Virus record (IMG/VR): IMGVR_UViG_3300037488_003510
Strand: one strand, 5' to 3'
DNA: 64,000 nucleotides
DNA from: an uncultured virus (IMG/VR IMGVR_UViG_3300037488_003510)
Lineage: Duplodnaviria; Heunggongvirae; Uroviricota; Caudoviricetes
Shown here: positions 46,497-55,003 of the stretch, piece by piece
Layout of the letters: every line of letters starts with the position of its first letter
How positions within the stretch are numbered: position 1 is the stretch's first letter
Program-made: the position numbers and the translations under genes
Notes under the pieces: model-generated
Databases searched by the model: none
What the model was told of the DNA's origin: nothing
The model's input: the letters and a program-made list of their open reading frames with translations, nothing else

Positions 46497-47139
46497 TATC
46501 TGAATCCTCCTCCCATGCGCAATGACATGCACATGGAAACCACCATCATGACCTTCTCGTGGCGCTCTCTCTGAAGGCGATCAGACTCGGCAATCAGATC
46601 GGCTGGTCGGATCGTCTGATACCACCATGGTAGAGGAGGACCAAGATCCTGCTTAGGGTCTCTCGGTAGCTTCGCTTCGCCCATACTACTCCAATCAAGA
46701 CCGAGGAGTTGATCCTCAGCGAACAGGCTTCTTGAGACAGTCTAGAACAACCCCAACCGGAATACAAATCCTCTTCAGGTCGTCCAATGACATGGCTTGT
46801 ATCGCCTTCCCAACGAGTTGCCTGAGTTCCGATTCGCAGATCTCAGTCCCGTGGGAAACGTCACTATTGGAGTGTAATGGTATCCTAGGATACCTTCCAC
46901 TCTGCCTGCTAAAGATTGTCTGGGCCATGGAACTTGAAATTGCAATGCACCTGTATGACGACTTGACCGATATGACATGAGAAAAAGTCCAAGTCGCAGG
47001 ATGCATAGCTTTCAGTCGCCCTTCGGAAAAGCTAACCCCCTCAACCTTTCCAGAATGGTCCCACAGCACATAACCGGAATGACAACCGACATCTCTCATC
47101 TGCGCCAAAGTCAGCATATTCATCCTCCGAATGGTGGTC

Positions 47140-47397
47140 TTAGGCAGATGGCAGCAAGTGCGAGTTGCAGTGGATCTCAAACACCACGATATCCGATCCT
47201 GGCGTCACCTTGGATTTACCTATCACGAAATTCTTGGAATCCACATCCCCGGCCAGACACCAAGGACCAAATCCGTTGGTCCATCGCCCCATGGAAACCC
47301 CTGTGCAGAGAAGCCACTCGGGCAACTCCAGGCCATAATCTAACGATGGCCTGCGCAGCGCCAAACACTTTATCACCTGCTTCTGTACAAGCTTCAT
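47140..47397 (-). CDS. Hypothetical protein
   Basis: AGGAG RBS. Confidence 0.45.
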   Translation of the reverse strand: MKLVQKQVIKCLALRRPSLDYGLELPEWLLCTGVSMGRWTNGFGPWCLAGDVDSKNFVIGKSKVTPGSDIVVFEIHCNSHLLPSA

Positions 47398-47484
47398 GGC
47401 AAACTCCTATTAACCAAAACACACCTGAAATCCGAGCTGCCACTTCGCATGCTCCAGCGAAGTGACAGCTCATCGAAACGCTTT

Positions 47485-47964
47485 CTACTCGACCGAAGCG
47501 TCCTTCTTGCTCTTCTTGGCCAGTGCCTTCTTCAGATACTTGGCCCCCTTGACACCCTTCCAACCGGCCTTGGTGTGCTTAAACACGAGTGCCTTGGACT
47601 TCTTCGATGTAGTGCCGGACTCCTTGGACGCCTTGCGAGCCTTGCGATACTTGTTGATCTTGGACTTGGCGACGGTCTTGTGCTCCGAGCAGACCATGCC
47701 GAAGATGGGGGCTGCCACGTTCTTACAACCAGGCACCGGGCAGAACTGCCTCGGTGGCTTCTTGCGCAGCTTCTTGGCTGGCGCAGCACCAGGCACCGTG
47801 GCGCGTGCTCCACCACCGATAACCGGCTTGCTCTTCTTGGCCTCCAGTGGCAGACCACCAGAGAAAACCTCATGCAGAATGCCCGCCACCCTCCGAACAA
47901 CACGCTCTTCGATGGACCTAACGAAATGTTCAACACCTTCATCGATGCTCAGATTGAAACTCAT
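47485..47964 (-). CDS. Lys/Ala-rich nucleoid-like protein with CxxxxC..CxxH zinc knuckle
   Basis: CPVPGCKNVAAPIFGMVCSEH and a K-rich tail. High GC3. Confidence 0.7.
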   Translation of the reverse strand: MSFNLSIDEGVEHFVRSIEERVVRRVAGILHEVFSGGLPLEAKKSKPVIGGGARATVPGAAPAKKLRKKPPRQFCPVPGCKNVAAPIFGMVCSEHKTVAKSKINKYRKARKASKESGTTSKKSKALVFKHTKAGWKGVKGAKYLKKALAKKSKKDASVE

Positions 47965-48089
47965 GCGAAATCCTCTTTCCTGTTTGACACGTTGTGAAAA
48001 ATTGCGGGTAGACAAAGACGCGACTTTCATTTCGATAAAATTCGAAACAAAAGCCGCGTCTTCATGGGTTGTTGATGATGTGCGAGATT

Positions 48090-48593
48090 CTACTTGAGGT
48101 GGCCGCGAGGCACCCAGCCGTAGCCGCGACCGTTGCGGTCCTTGACCAAAATCTTGACCGTCTTGCCAACCCCTTGGGCGATTCCCCCGACGATCAGATC
48201 GGCAGTCTTCTCGACCACGCCCTCGATGTAGGAGTATGCCGCAATGACATCCGGATCATCGACGAACGAAATCGAATCTCCCTCCACAAGAGCGGTCTTC
48301 GCCGCAGGCTTGCCGGCCGGCTCCCACTTGATCTCCTTGAGGCCGATGAACTTCTCGCGCCACGACTCGATCAACGGCACCAGCGCCTTGGCACTCTCCA
48401 CCACCTCGGCCGGCGCTCCCCGCTTCGCGGCCTTGTCCGCGATGTCGGCCGCCAACGAAAACACCTTGTCAGCCTTTTCGACCCAGCGCTCGGCCAGCGT
48501 GCCAACCACGCGCTGCTTGCGAGTCTTCGTTCCTTCCGGCTTCTCGGCCTTCGCGGGCTTCTCGGACTTCTCGGACTTGTGATTCTTGGACAT
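48090..48593 (-). CDS. Basic hypothetical protein, likely highly expressed
   Basis: Strong RBS, very high GC3, upstream promoter. Confidence 0.65.
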   Translation of the reverse strand: MSKNHKSEKSEKPAKAEKPEGTKTRKQRVVGTLAERWVEKADKVFSLAADIADKAAKRGAPAEVVESAKALVPLIESWREKFIGLKEIKWEPAGKPAAKTALVEGDSISFVDDPDVIAAYSYIEGVVEKTADLIVGGIAQGVGKTVKILVKDRNGRGYGWVPRGHLK

Positions 48594-48654
48594 GATCGAT
48601 CTCCTAGTGAACGGGTTTTGCCCTCTCGGGCACCTTCTGAAACCAACAAACTCG

Positions 48655-48683
48655 TTTCTAAACCCACCTAGGCAAGGTGTCAA
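48655..48683 (-). promoter_or_regulatory. Predicted sigma70-type promoter
   Basis: TTGACA-N17-TAGAAA. Confidence 0.55.
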
Positions 48684-48708
48684 CACAAAAATCGTTCTAG
48701 GATGAAAA

Positions 48709-49008
48709 TTATCCCTTGCTCCCCGGCGACCTCCCCTCAAAAGAACATCTCGGGCATACCACCACCCGCACCCGTTCGGCAGGACCTGTCATCTCGTCGC
48801 AGGAGTGACATCGTATTTTTTCCTGTGGTTCCAAGGTTTTAGGCAACTGCCGGTTGGCAAGGTGTGCCATTCTCGCTGCCAGGTGTTGGGTTACGTCCTT
48901 TGAGGTACCTGGCGCCAGATGGGGCGCCAGCATGATCGCAAATTCACCCGCCAGCTTCACCACGCGCTCATCGTAATCAAAGTCGATTTTCAGCTGATGT
49001 CCCATCAC
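48709..49008 (-). CDS. Zn-ribbon hypothetical protein
   Basis: CHSC..CPRC. Confidence 0.55.
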   Translation of the reverse strand: MMGHQLKIDFDYDERVVKLAGEFAIMLAPHLAPGTSKDVTQHLAARMAHLANRQLPKTLEPQEKIRCHSCDEMTGPAERVRVVVCPRCSFEGRSPGSKG

Positions 49009-49280
49009 CCAACGTCCTTTCCAACCGTTTTCCGAGGACGCCCAACCTTCGAACGTGGCAGATCGCCCAGATTTATCCCAAGCAACCTCATCCGGTGGTA
49101 AAGATTGGCCCTCTGGAGACCCAAGGACAAAGCTGTCTTGCTCCGGCAGAAACCATTGACTTGCAACGCTTTGATAATGACGATCCTCTCGTAGGAGGCC
49201 ATGATTTCAGCCAGCGTTCTAGGTGTCACCCCAGACTCCACAGCTCGTCGCGAACCAGATGTGAACCCAGATTTGGACAT
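49005..49280 (-). CDS. Fis-type HTH (HTH_8) protein with AT-hook-like tail
   Basis: YERIVIIKALQVNG..SKTALSLGLQRANLYHRMRLLGI, then GRPRK. Confidence 0.8.
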   Translation of the reverse strand: MSKSGFTSGSRRAVESGVTPRTLAEIMASYERIVIIKALQVNGFCRSKTALSLGLQRANLYHRMRLLGINLGDLPRSKVGRPRKTVGKDVG

Positions 49281-49293
49281 ACAAAAAAACCTC

Positions 49294-51444
49294 CTACACA
49301 GCGGCAGCCAACATGGACTTCGTGGCAAAGTCAAATCGTGACGTGATGTCCTTCTCAAAGTCAAACCCTTTCGGGTAACAATCCCCAGACTTTAACTCGT
49401 CAATGCTCCAAGGCCTTGTTTCACCGTCCGGATAGTGAAATCTCTTCGACAACATCTCAAACGTCAGGGCTTTAATCACAAGCATCTCAAAAGGTGCTGT
49501 GGTGTAACGACCACCAACCATCGTTCGATACAGCTCGCGTATGCGGGTCATCCTTTGCACGCCAATGCGATCTCCCGCGATGATTTTGTCCAACTTCTCG
49601 AATGCCTGCTTCCCGGAACCAAGAGAAAAACCCTTGGCTTTGTTGAGTTGCTTCGGTTTCCAGGTGCCATCGCGCATAAGCTCGAAGCCCTCACCACGGT
49701 AGATCTTGGGCGCCACGAACTCGGCCCATTCCATCTTCTTCTCTAGCTTCAAAGCACCTAAATTCTTGTCGTCAATAGGCAAATCAGCCTTGGTGGCCAA
49801 TGAGTCAGTGTCGCAATAGTAAAGCTCGTGGCCCTGCCGATAGCACTCCTTAGCATAATCATACAAGGTACGACGTGCAATGGAAGTGATGACCGAGGCG
49901 ATGGGTACATGTCGATGGGTGATGGTGGCCTCTTTCTCGGCTAGCCACACACCTGGCTGCATCATCTGCATGCAAGTCCGATCAATCTCCTTGGGATTGA
50001 TGAGCATCTCCTGCTTTGAGGTAGACTCAGCCGTCTTTCCATAGAGACTATTGAGAAGATACTTCAATATCAGTTTTCTGAAATCCGTTGTTGAGTCTGC
50101 CCTCAGCTTGTAGATCTTCCTCGCGTACTCGGCAAAATCGTAGAACGGTTCAAAGATGTAGCACTCGTGAACTTTGTGAAGAATCGCCCCCTCTCTTAAC
50201 GCCAGCCGAATGTCCGTCGAGGTGAACCAGGAGCGCCATCTCCCTATGGGAAAGAAAACTCGATTGTCTTTCCGGTAAGGAAGTGGAGGAAGTTGCATCT
50301 CCGGGACTTCAATAGTCACGTTTGCTAAATAGATACACTCGTCAGAGTCTTCCTCTGGCAGCGAAGTCCGAAACTCAATGAGATTTCCTGGTAAGGGAAA
50401 AGTCATCGAGTATGGAAAGGAGGAGTTGATGTCATACATGAGGAAATCAGTGGCGTTTCGGCTGAGAACCTCCACGCGACTGGCAAAGTAAGACTGTTGG
50501 CAGATTTGGTTGAGGCTCTCGGATGTGAAAATGTCTCGCTTGAGGAAGGCCCTGCGAAACAATGTCATGGCGGTCGAGGCAATTGTCTGTTGGAGTTGGC
50601 CGCCAAGACCGACTATCTCTTCCTCAAAGGCTGCTATGGCCTTCCATAAGATCTCACAGTCCGTCTTGTTGTACTCCGTGAGGATATCCTGTGGCACCTC
50701 AGCGTAGAAAATGACCTTCTCAGGCTGAGACAACTCTTCGAAGTCAGTAATGGTGCGGCCAAGTCTTTTCGACATCCACGCCTTAGCCTCTTCGGAATCT
50801 CCTTTTCGAATACCGATAGCTTTGCCAATGGACGATAGCTTGTCGCGCAATAACCAATACGAGTCGCAGAAATGCCAGGCATTCTTCCCGTTAATAACGT
50901 GAATGATGATTGCTGATGAACCCGAGAAAGACGCCTTGATTTTCCAAGATCCAGAGCAATGCTCATACTCCTTTGTCTTGCCATCGGGTGAGTAAGCAGT
51001 AGAGCTGCGTTCGACTCCTCCCTCAGCAGCGATCTGATTCTTGATTTGTTCAAGCAAGTCGTCGAGCACAAACTGCATATCGGCCAGACCGCCAGCGTGA
51101 GCAAAGAACCAGTTCCCTCGATGCTCTCGCGACAACAGGAAGGTGACGAGGTCGCGTATCGAGCCGAAGCACTTGTACCGCTCCACAAGCTCTGGCTCTT
51201 CGTCTGAGGAGCCGTCGTCCATGTCCACGGCCTGTTGGTCGTAATACCCTGCCAAACGCAGCTGGAGCGGTCCTGTCATGCGTTTCTTGACAGGTAGGGG
51301 CACGCGGCAAGGCGCACGGATACCGTCGATCTGAACCTCGGTATTGATTAGCGCTGGCAGCGCGTCTCCGGGCACCCACTCAAGATCCAACACTCCAAAA
51401 CGACGCAGCTTGCGCTCAGTTGTGATCGGATTGAAGACTGCCAA
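49294..51444 (-). CDS. polB: Family B DNA polymerase, protein-primed (phi29/PRD1-like) type
   Basis: Exo: VLDLEW, FAHAGGLAD, FCDSYWLL and YNKTD. Pol: YDINSSFP (A), KYLLNSLYGK (B), YCDTDS (C) and PKIY. A TPR1-like PPLPYR..FPIG segment lies between A and B. Confidence 0.9.
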   Translation of the reverse strand: MAVFNPITTERKLRRFGVLDLEWVPGDALPALINTEVQIDGIRAPCRVPLPVKKRMTGPLQLRLAGYYDQQAVDMDDGSSDEEPELVERYKCFGSIRDLVTFLLSREHRGNWFFAHAGGLADMQFVLDDLLEQIKNQIAAEGGVERSSTAYSPDGKTKEYEHCSGSWKIKASFSGSSAIIIHVINGKNAWHFCDSYWLLRDKLSSIGKAIGIRKGDSEEAKAWMSKRLGRTITDFEELSQPEKVIFYAEVPQDILTEYNKTDCEILWKAIAAFEEEIVGLGGQLQQTIASTAMTLFRRAFLKRDIFTSESLNQICQQSYFASRVEVLSRNATDFLMYDINSSFPYSMTFPLPGNLIEFRTSLPEEDSDECIYLANVTIEVPEMQLPPLPYRKDNRVFFPIGRWRSWFTSTDIRLALREGAILHKVHECYIFEPFYDFAEYARKIYKLRADSTTDFRKLILKYLLNSLYGKTAESTSKQEMLINPKEIDRTCMQMMQPGVWLAEKEATITHRHVPIASVITSIARRTLYDYAKECYRQGHELYYCDTDSLATKADLPIDDKNLGALKLEKKMEWAEFVAPKIYRGEGFELMRDGTWKPKQLNKAKGFSLGSGKQAFEKLDKIIAGDRIGVQRMTRIRELYRTMVGGRYTTAPFEMLVIKALTFEMLSKRFHYPDGETRPWSIDELKSGDCYPKGFDFEKDITSRFDFATKSMLAAAV

Positions 51445-51492
51445 TGATTCCTCTGAAAACTCCGCTCACTAAGATGGAAACACAGACCCGTA

Positions 51493-51885
51493 CTAAGCCT
51501 TCTTGCCACCGTTCATGAATTCCCTGCCATTGTTGTACTTCGACTTTCGCTGGATCGCGCGGCCTAGATCTACGTTGAGGGCGACAGCTGCATCCATCGC
51601 ACGTATTACAATGTCAGCTAACTCCTCTTCGAGACATGTCAGATCGCAACCGGGCTTGTCGCAAGGCTGAAACAGTTGTCCTCGACGAGTGGCCTCCCAT
51701 AGCTCAGTAACCTCTCCATGTATGTTAGCGCAATACATGGCCATCCTGGGAACCATATCCACGACACCATCATTGTCGTGGAATCCATGCTCACAAGCAA
51801 TCCTGTGCATGGAACTGGCAATTCGATTTAGCCCCTTACAATCACTCGCAAGCCCATTATCACCCGAAACTTTCCTCATTGGCAA
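51493..51885 (-). CDS. MazG-like dNTP pyrophosphohydrolase
   Basis: IHGEVTELWEA..EEELADIVIR..KSKYN. Confidence 0.88.
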   Translation of the reverse strand: MPMRKVSGDNGLASDCKGLNRIASSMHRIACEHGFHDNDGVVDMVPRMAMYCANIHGEVTELWEATRRGQLFQPCDKPGCDLTCLEEELADIVIRAMDAAVALNVDLGRAIQRKSKYNNGREFMNGGKKA

Positions 51886-51903
51886 CCATTCCTTTCTAAT
51901 ATG

Positions 51904-52260
51904 TCATCTACTGTTGCGAACATTCTCAATCATGTAAGCACCTACCAATTCGTGCGAACGAAAGGCGGGTAGCTTGAAAAAATCGCAAAGTGCTGAGCCT
52001 ACCGCATCCACGAAACATGGGCTATTAGGCAATAACCATCTATCCTCGACTGGTTCGCAGTAAATCCAACATTCATAATGCATCTGACGAGGAGCAAATC
52101 GGTTAGTGGAGCCAATCGCGACAATTCTGTATCGCTTGCCATCCAATGCAAATGTAACTCCGTCATCTGCCCATTCAGGTTTCTTCTGACTAACGTATCC
52201 GCATCCGGGGCACGGAGACTCAGGGTAAAGTGGTGCTACACGACAAAGTTCTCTGTTCAT
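51904..52260 (-). CDS. Hypothetical protein
   Basis: CPGCG, with GGAGG RBS. Confidence 0.5.
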   Translation of the reverse strand: MNRELCRVAPLYPESPCPGCGYVSQKKPEWADDGVTFALDGKRYRIVAIGSTNRFAPRQMHYECWIYCEPVEDRWLLPNSPCFVDAVGSALCDFFKLPAFRSHELVGAYMIENVRNSR

Positions 52261-52296
52261 GCGTAAAGCGAACTCCTCCAGATCTTCAGAGTCTGC

Positions 52297-52737
52297 CTAC
52301 CGCATCCAAAGGGACTTCTTGGATGGTTTTAGCGACTTGGTAACTGGGGTGATGGCCGCCTCAACCACAACAAAACGACTACCCTTCTGACATAGACTGA
52401 GGCGATCTGAAACATAACAAGCCGTGCCTACAGCATTCGCCCATACCTCTAGGTATATTCCTTTGGGGGACAAAATACCAAGGCCAGACCACTTCGCTAA
52501 GTTCGCACTTCCCTTACTCACCCGAACGCTCCCTAAGCATGAAACCGGCTCACTTTCAATTGGTTCCGCCGCTTGCACAGCTTGCCAATCAAAACACGGT
52601 ACAGTTACCCAGTTCGTCGGTGCAAACCAATGACGTCCAAAAGCATCGAGTCCAACAGCCGCCAAAGAAACACCTCCGCTTTTCCAGGATAGTTTGTAAA
52701 GACCTGGGTAAAGTTTCTTAACATCATTCTTGCTCAT
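52297..52737 (-). CDS. Hypothetical phage protein
   Basis: GLYKLSWKSGGVSLAAVG..WFAPTNW. Confidence 0.55.
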   Translation of the reverse strand: MSKNDVKKLYPGLYKLSWKSGGVSLAAVGLDAFGRHWFAPTNWVTVPCFDWQAVQAAEPIESEPVSCLGSVRVSKGSANLAKWSGLGILSPKGIYLEVWANAVGTACYVSDRLSLCQKGSRFVVVEAAITPVTKSLKPSKKSLWMR

Positions 52738-53003
52738 TTAATCCCTTCTTGACTTGGAACTGAAACCGGCGATATAGGCTCAGCGAACCGTCCATGGAGA
52801 CTACTGAGAAGATACTTCTTCAATATCGGGTTCCTAGAATCCGGATAGCGAAATTTCAGAAAATTTTCCAGTGCAACTGGACAAGTATGTGGCCCAACAT
52901 GATCGTCTGGCAATTCACACTGATAACCTGCGCCGTCTCCTTCGCGCGCCAAACACTGTTGACTGTTCAAAAACAAATCCGATTCATCGCTCTCTTGTAG
53001 CAT
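52734..53003 (-). CDS. Hypothetical protein with C..H..H motif
   Basis: CELPDDHVGPHTC. Confidence 0.5.
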   Translation of the reverse strand: MLQESDESDLFLNSQQCLAREGDGAGYQCELPDDHVGPHTCPVALENFLKFRYPDSRNPILKKYLLSSLHGRFAEPISPVSVPSQEGIK

Positions 53004-53035
53004 CGCGTTTCCCTCTGTCAGAATTGAGATAGTTG

Positions 53036-53626
53036 TCAGTATCTTCGGATCTCCCAGACGAGTGTGTTCCTTCCCGGAACATCACCTAGACACCGATCAT
53101 AGATAGAAACCTCCATCACATGCCTTGGATACTGCTCTTTGAGCAACAACCAATCATCGTAAGATGATGGTGTCATTACGCCTCGAAGCATCAAATCAGA
53201 ACTCAGCCCCTGAGAGACTCGCGACTCGGTCGCCAAGGCCGTTCTCATCTGCTGAGGTGCTCGGCTGTGTAGGAAATAGCCGAACTGCGAACCAAACGGA
53301 TGAACGTCATTCAAATACTCACCTTGCAAGAGGATACAGTCATCTGGAGCCTGCTCGTTGACCATAATGTCGTTCAGATTCAAACCTTGTTGGAGCCAGT
53401 CATGGACAACATTGTCAACATCTTTGGCTTGCAAGTTGTATCTACACGGCCCTCCTCCTCCACTTGGCAACAACACTCGCAGAACCACCCTCATGCGGCT
53501 GTGGATGGTGAGCCCTCCAGCTGCCTTCCATTCGTCTATGGTCCTCCAGGCGCGCAGCTTGTTGCCATAGGCGCCCGACTGCCAGAGACGATAGTTCTGA
53601 CTCTTACGCAAAACTGGATCGGTCAC
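53036..53626 (-). CDS. Hypothetical protein (possible divergent ATP-grasp-like fold)
   Basis: GAYGN..LQGE..MEVS..LVWEIRRY. The fold is a guess. Confidence 0.55.
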   Translation of the reverse strand: MTDPVLRKSQNYRLWQSGAYGNKLRAWRTIDEWKAAGGLTIHSRMRVVLRVLLPSGGGGPCRYNLQAKDVDNVVHDWLQQGLNLNDIMVNEQAPDDCILLQGEYLNDVHPFGSQFGYFLHSRAPQQMRTALATESRVSQGLSSDLMLRGVMTPSSYDDWLLLKEQYPRHVMEVSIYDRCLGDVPGRNTLVWEIRRY

Positions 53627-53856
53627 CCCTTATCATCCTTCTTAACAGGCGGAAGTTCAATATCACCAATTGTAAAAAACAAGTGATTGCACATTCCATC
53701 GTAATCCCATTCAACACCTGCCGCGTCCTCAAAGTCTGTGATATCTATTTCATCCCCGTCTGCCTCGTCGCAAAGTCTTTCAAGTTCGCCAAGGCGATCT
53801 TCCAGTACTTCCACTTCAAGCAAACCGCTGACGTTCACTCCCACCTTAATCTTCAT
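53623..53856 (-). CDS. Small acidic protein
   Basis: ATGA-coupled to thyX. Confidence 0.5.
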   Translation of the reverse strand: MKIKVGVNVSGLLEVEVLEDRLGELERLCDEADGDEIDITDFEDAAGVEWDYDGMCNHLFFTIGDIELPPVKKDDKG

Positions 53857-54572
53857 GGAATATCCCCAAAACAAACTGGTGATAGCGACAACAATCGCTC
53901 GCGAATCATCTCGGCAATTTCGCGCATTTGTGGATGAGCCTTCGGCGAGGTTCGCAAGGTAAAGAAGTGCCGCCACTCGCGGAAGTTAGCGGTCATACCG
54001 ATTTCGGATTTAAGGGCATTGGGCAGCACGGAGCGAGCAATTTGGGCCGACACACCTTCTTTGAGAAGCGCCATGTAGACCAACTCCGCATTTTGCATTG
54101 CGGTCGCCCAATTCGCCGGTCCCGCTGCGATAGCATCTTTGCCCATTACGACTAAGTTTGGCGGTTGAATGAAAGTCAACTCCCCGCCAAAGTTCGCTTT
54201 GTCGTAACTGCAATACCGTGTTGACTCCTGTGAATAGCTCGCGATTCGATGACGAACAATCTCGTGGGTCACTCCGCGATCTGTGATGATCGAGAATCCG
54301 GCGCTGGCGTGTTCGAGAACCGATTCGTGGCCATTCGCCAAAATCATCTTGACGAATGCTATTGCAGATGAAATGTCGGTTCCCGCACCACCACACATAT
54401 CACACTTGGCGCGTGGTGATGGTCCATAGACATCGCGTCCTTCACCGTTACAGTTCTCACACTCTTTCACTTTGTGACTGCTCTGATAGCAAATGCGCCC
54501 CATTCGCTCAATAACTCGCTCAGAGTTGGGTGTGCTGTGAATCAACTCGACGCTTGGCTTGACAATTCTCAT
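53853..54572 (-). CDS. thyX: Flavin-dependent thymidylate synthase with zinc-finger insertion
   Basis: HESVLEH, THEIVRHRIASYSQESTRY (RHRx7S), ARSVLP, NFREWRHF and AHPQMR. Confidence 0.95.
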   Translation of the reverse strand: MRIVKPSVELIHSTPNSERVIERMGRICYQSSHKVKECENCNGEGRDVYGPSPRAKCDMCGGAGTDISSAIAFVKMILANGHESVLEHASAGFSIITDRGVTHEIVRHRIASYSQESTRYCSYDKANFGGELTFIQPPNLVVMGKDAIAAGPANWATAMQNAELVYMALLKEGVSAQIARSVLPNALKSEIGMTANFREWRHFFTLRTSPKAHPQMREIAEMIRERLLSLSPVCFGDIP

Positions 54573-54586
54573 CTTCTGCTCCTTTG

Positions 54587-54889
54587 CTACCTCAATGGGT
54601 ATGGTGAATAAGCCCAGGCAACAAGAGCCAGGTGCCTACGTGTTAGCGAACCGTCCTTCAAATCATGCAAAGGCTCCTTGTTGGCATCAACCTGGGCCAT
54701 GTGACGCGCAATGAAACCTTCGCGCTTGGTTTTCCACTCAGGAGAAAGCCTCTTCGGATCGCCCTTGGCCTTCCGATAGGCCGTCAAGAATCCCCTCCTC
54801 GACCTCGCTACCTCCGACACGCCTAGACGCTCCATCTCAGGTACATACCGATCAATTACTGCAAGTGAAAGAAACTTCGAGTGTGCCAC
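54587..54889 (-). CDS. Small basic hypothetical protein
   Basis: GVSEVARS..GFL..FIARH..TRRHLALVAWAYSP. Confidence 0.65.
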   Translation of the reverse strand: MAHSKFLSLAVIDRYVPEMERLGVSEVARSRRGFLTAYRKAKGDPKRLSPEWKTKREGFIARHMAQVDANKEPLHDLKDGSLTRRHLALVAWAYSPYPLR

Positions 54890-54927
54890 TTAGATCTCCC
54901 TTCTTGTCGTCCTGCCAAAGACACCGA

Positions 54928-55002
54928 CTACCACTTCAAGAGACCCTCGGAACGAATGAGTCCCAATGCCACCCCAATCCCTATCCACAACAGCACCTCC
55001 AT
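54928..55002 (-). CDS. 24-aa hydrophobic micro-protein
   Basis: MEVLLWIGIGVALGLIRSEGLLKW begins just after the upstream stop. Confidence 0.35.
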   Translation of the reverse strand: MEVLLWIGIGVALGLIRSEGLLKW

Positions 55003-55003
55003 C

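Noticed and set aside
43002..51885. Z-genome (2-aminoadenine) pathway
   Set aside because: HD and MazG-like genes are present but there is no purZ in the window, and both families are common in ordinary phages.
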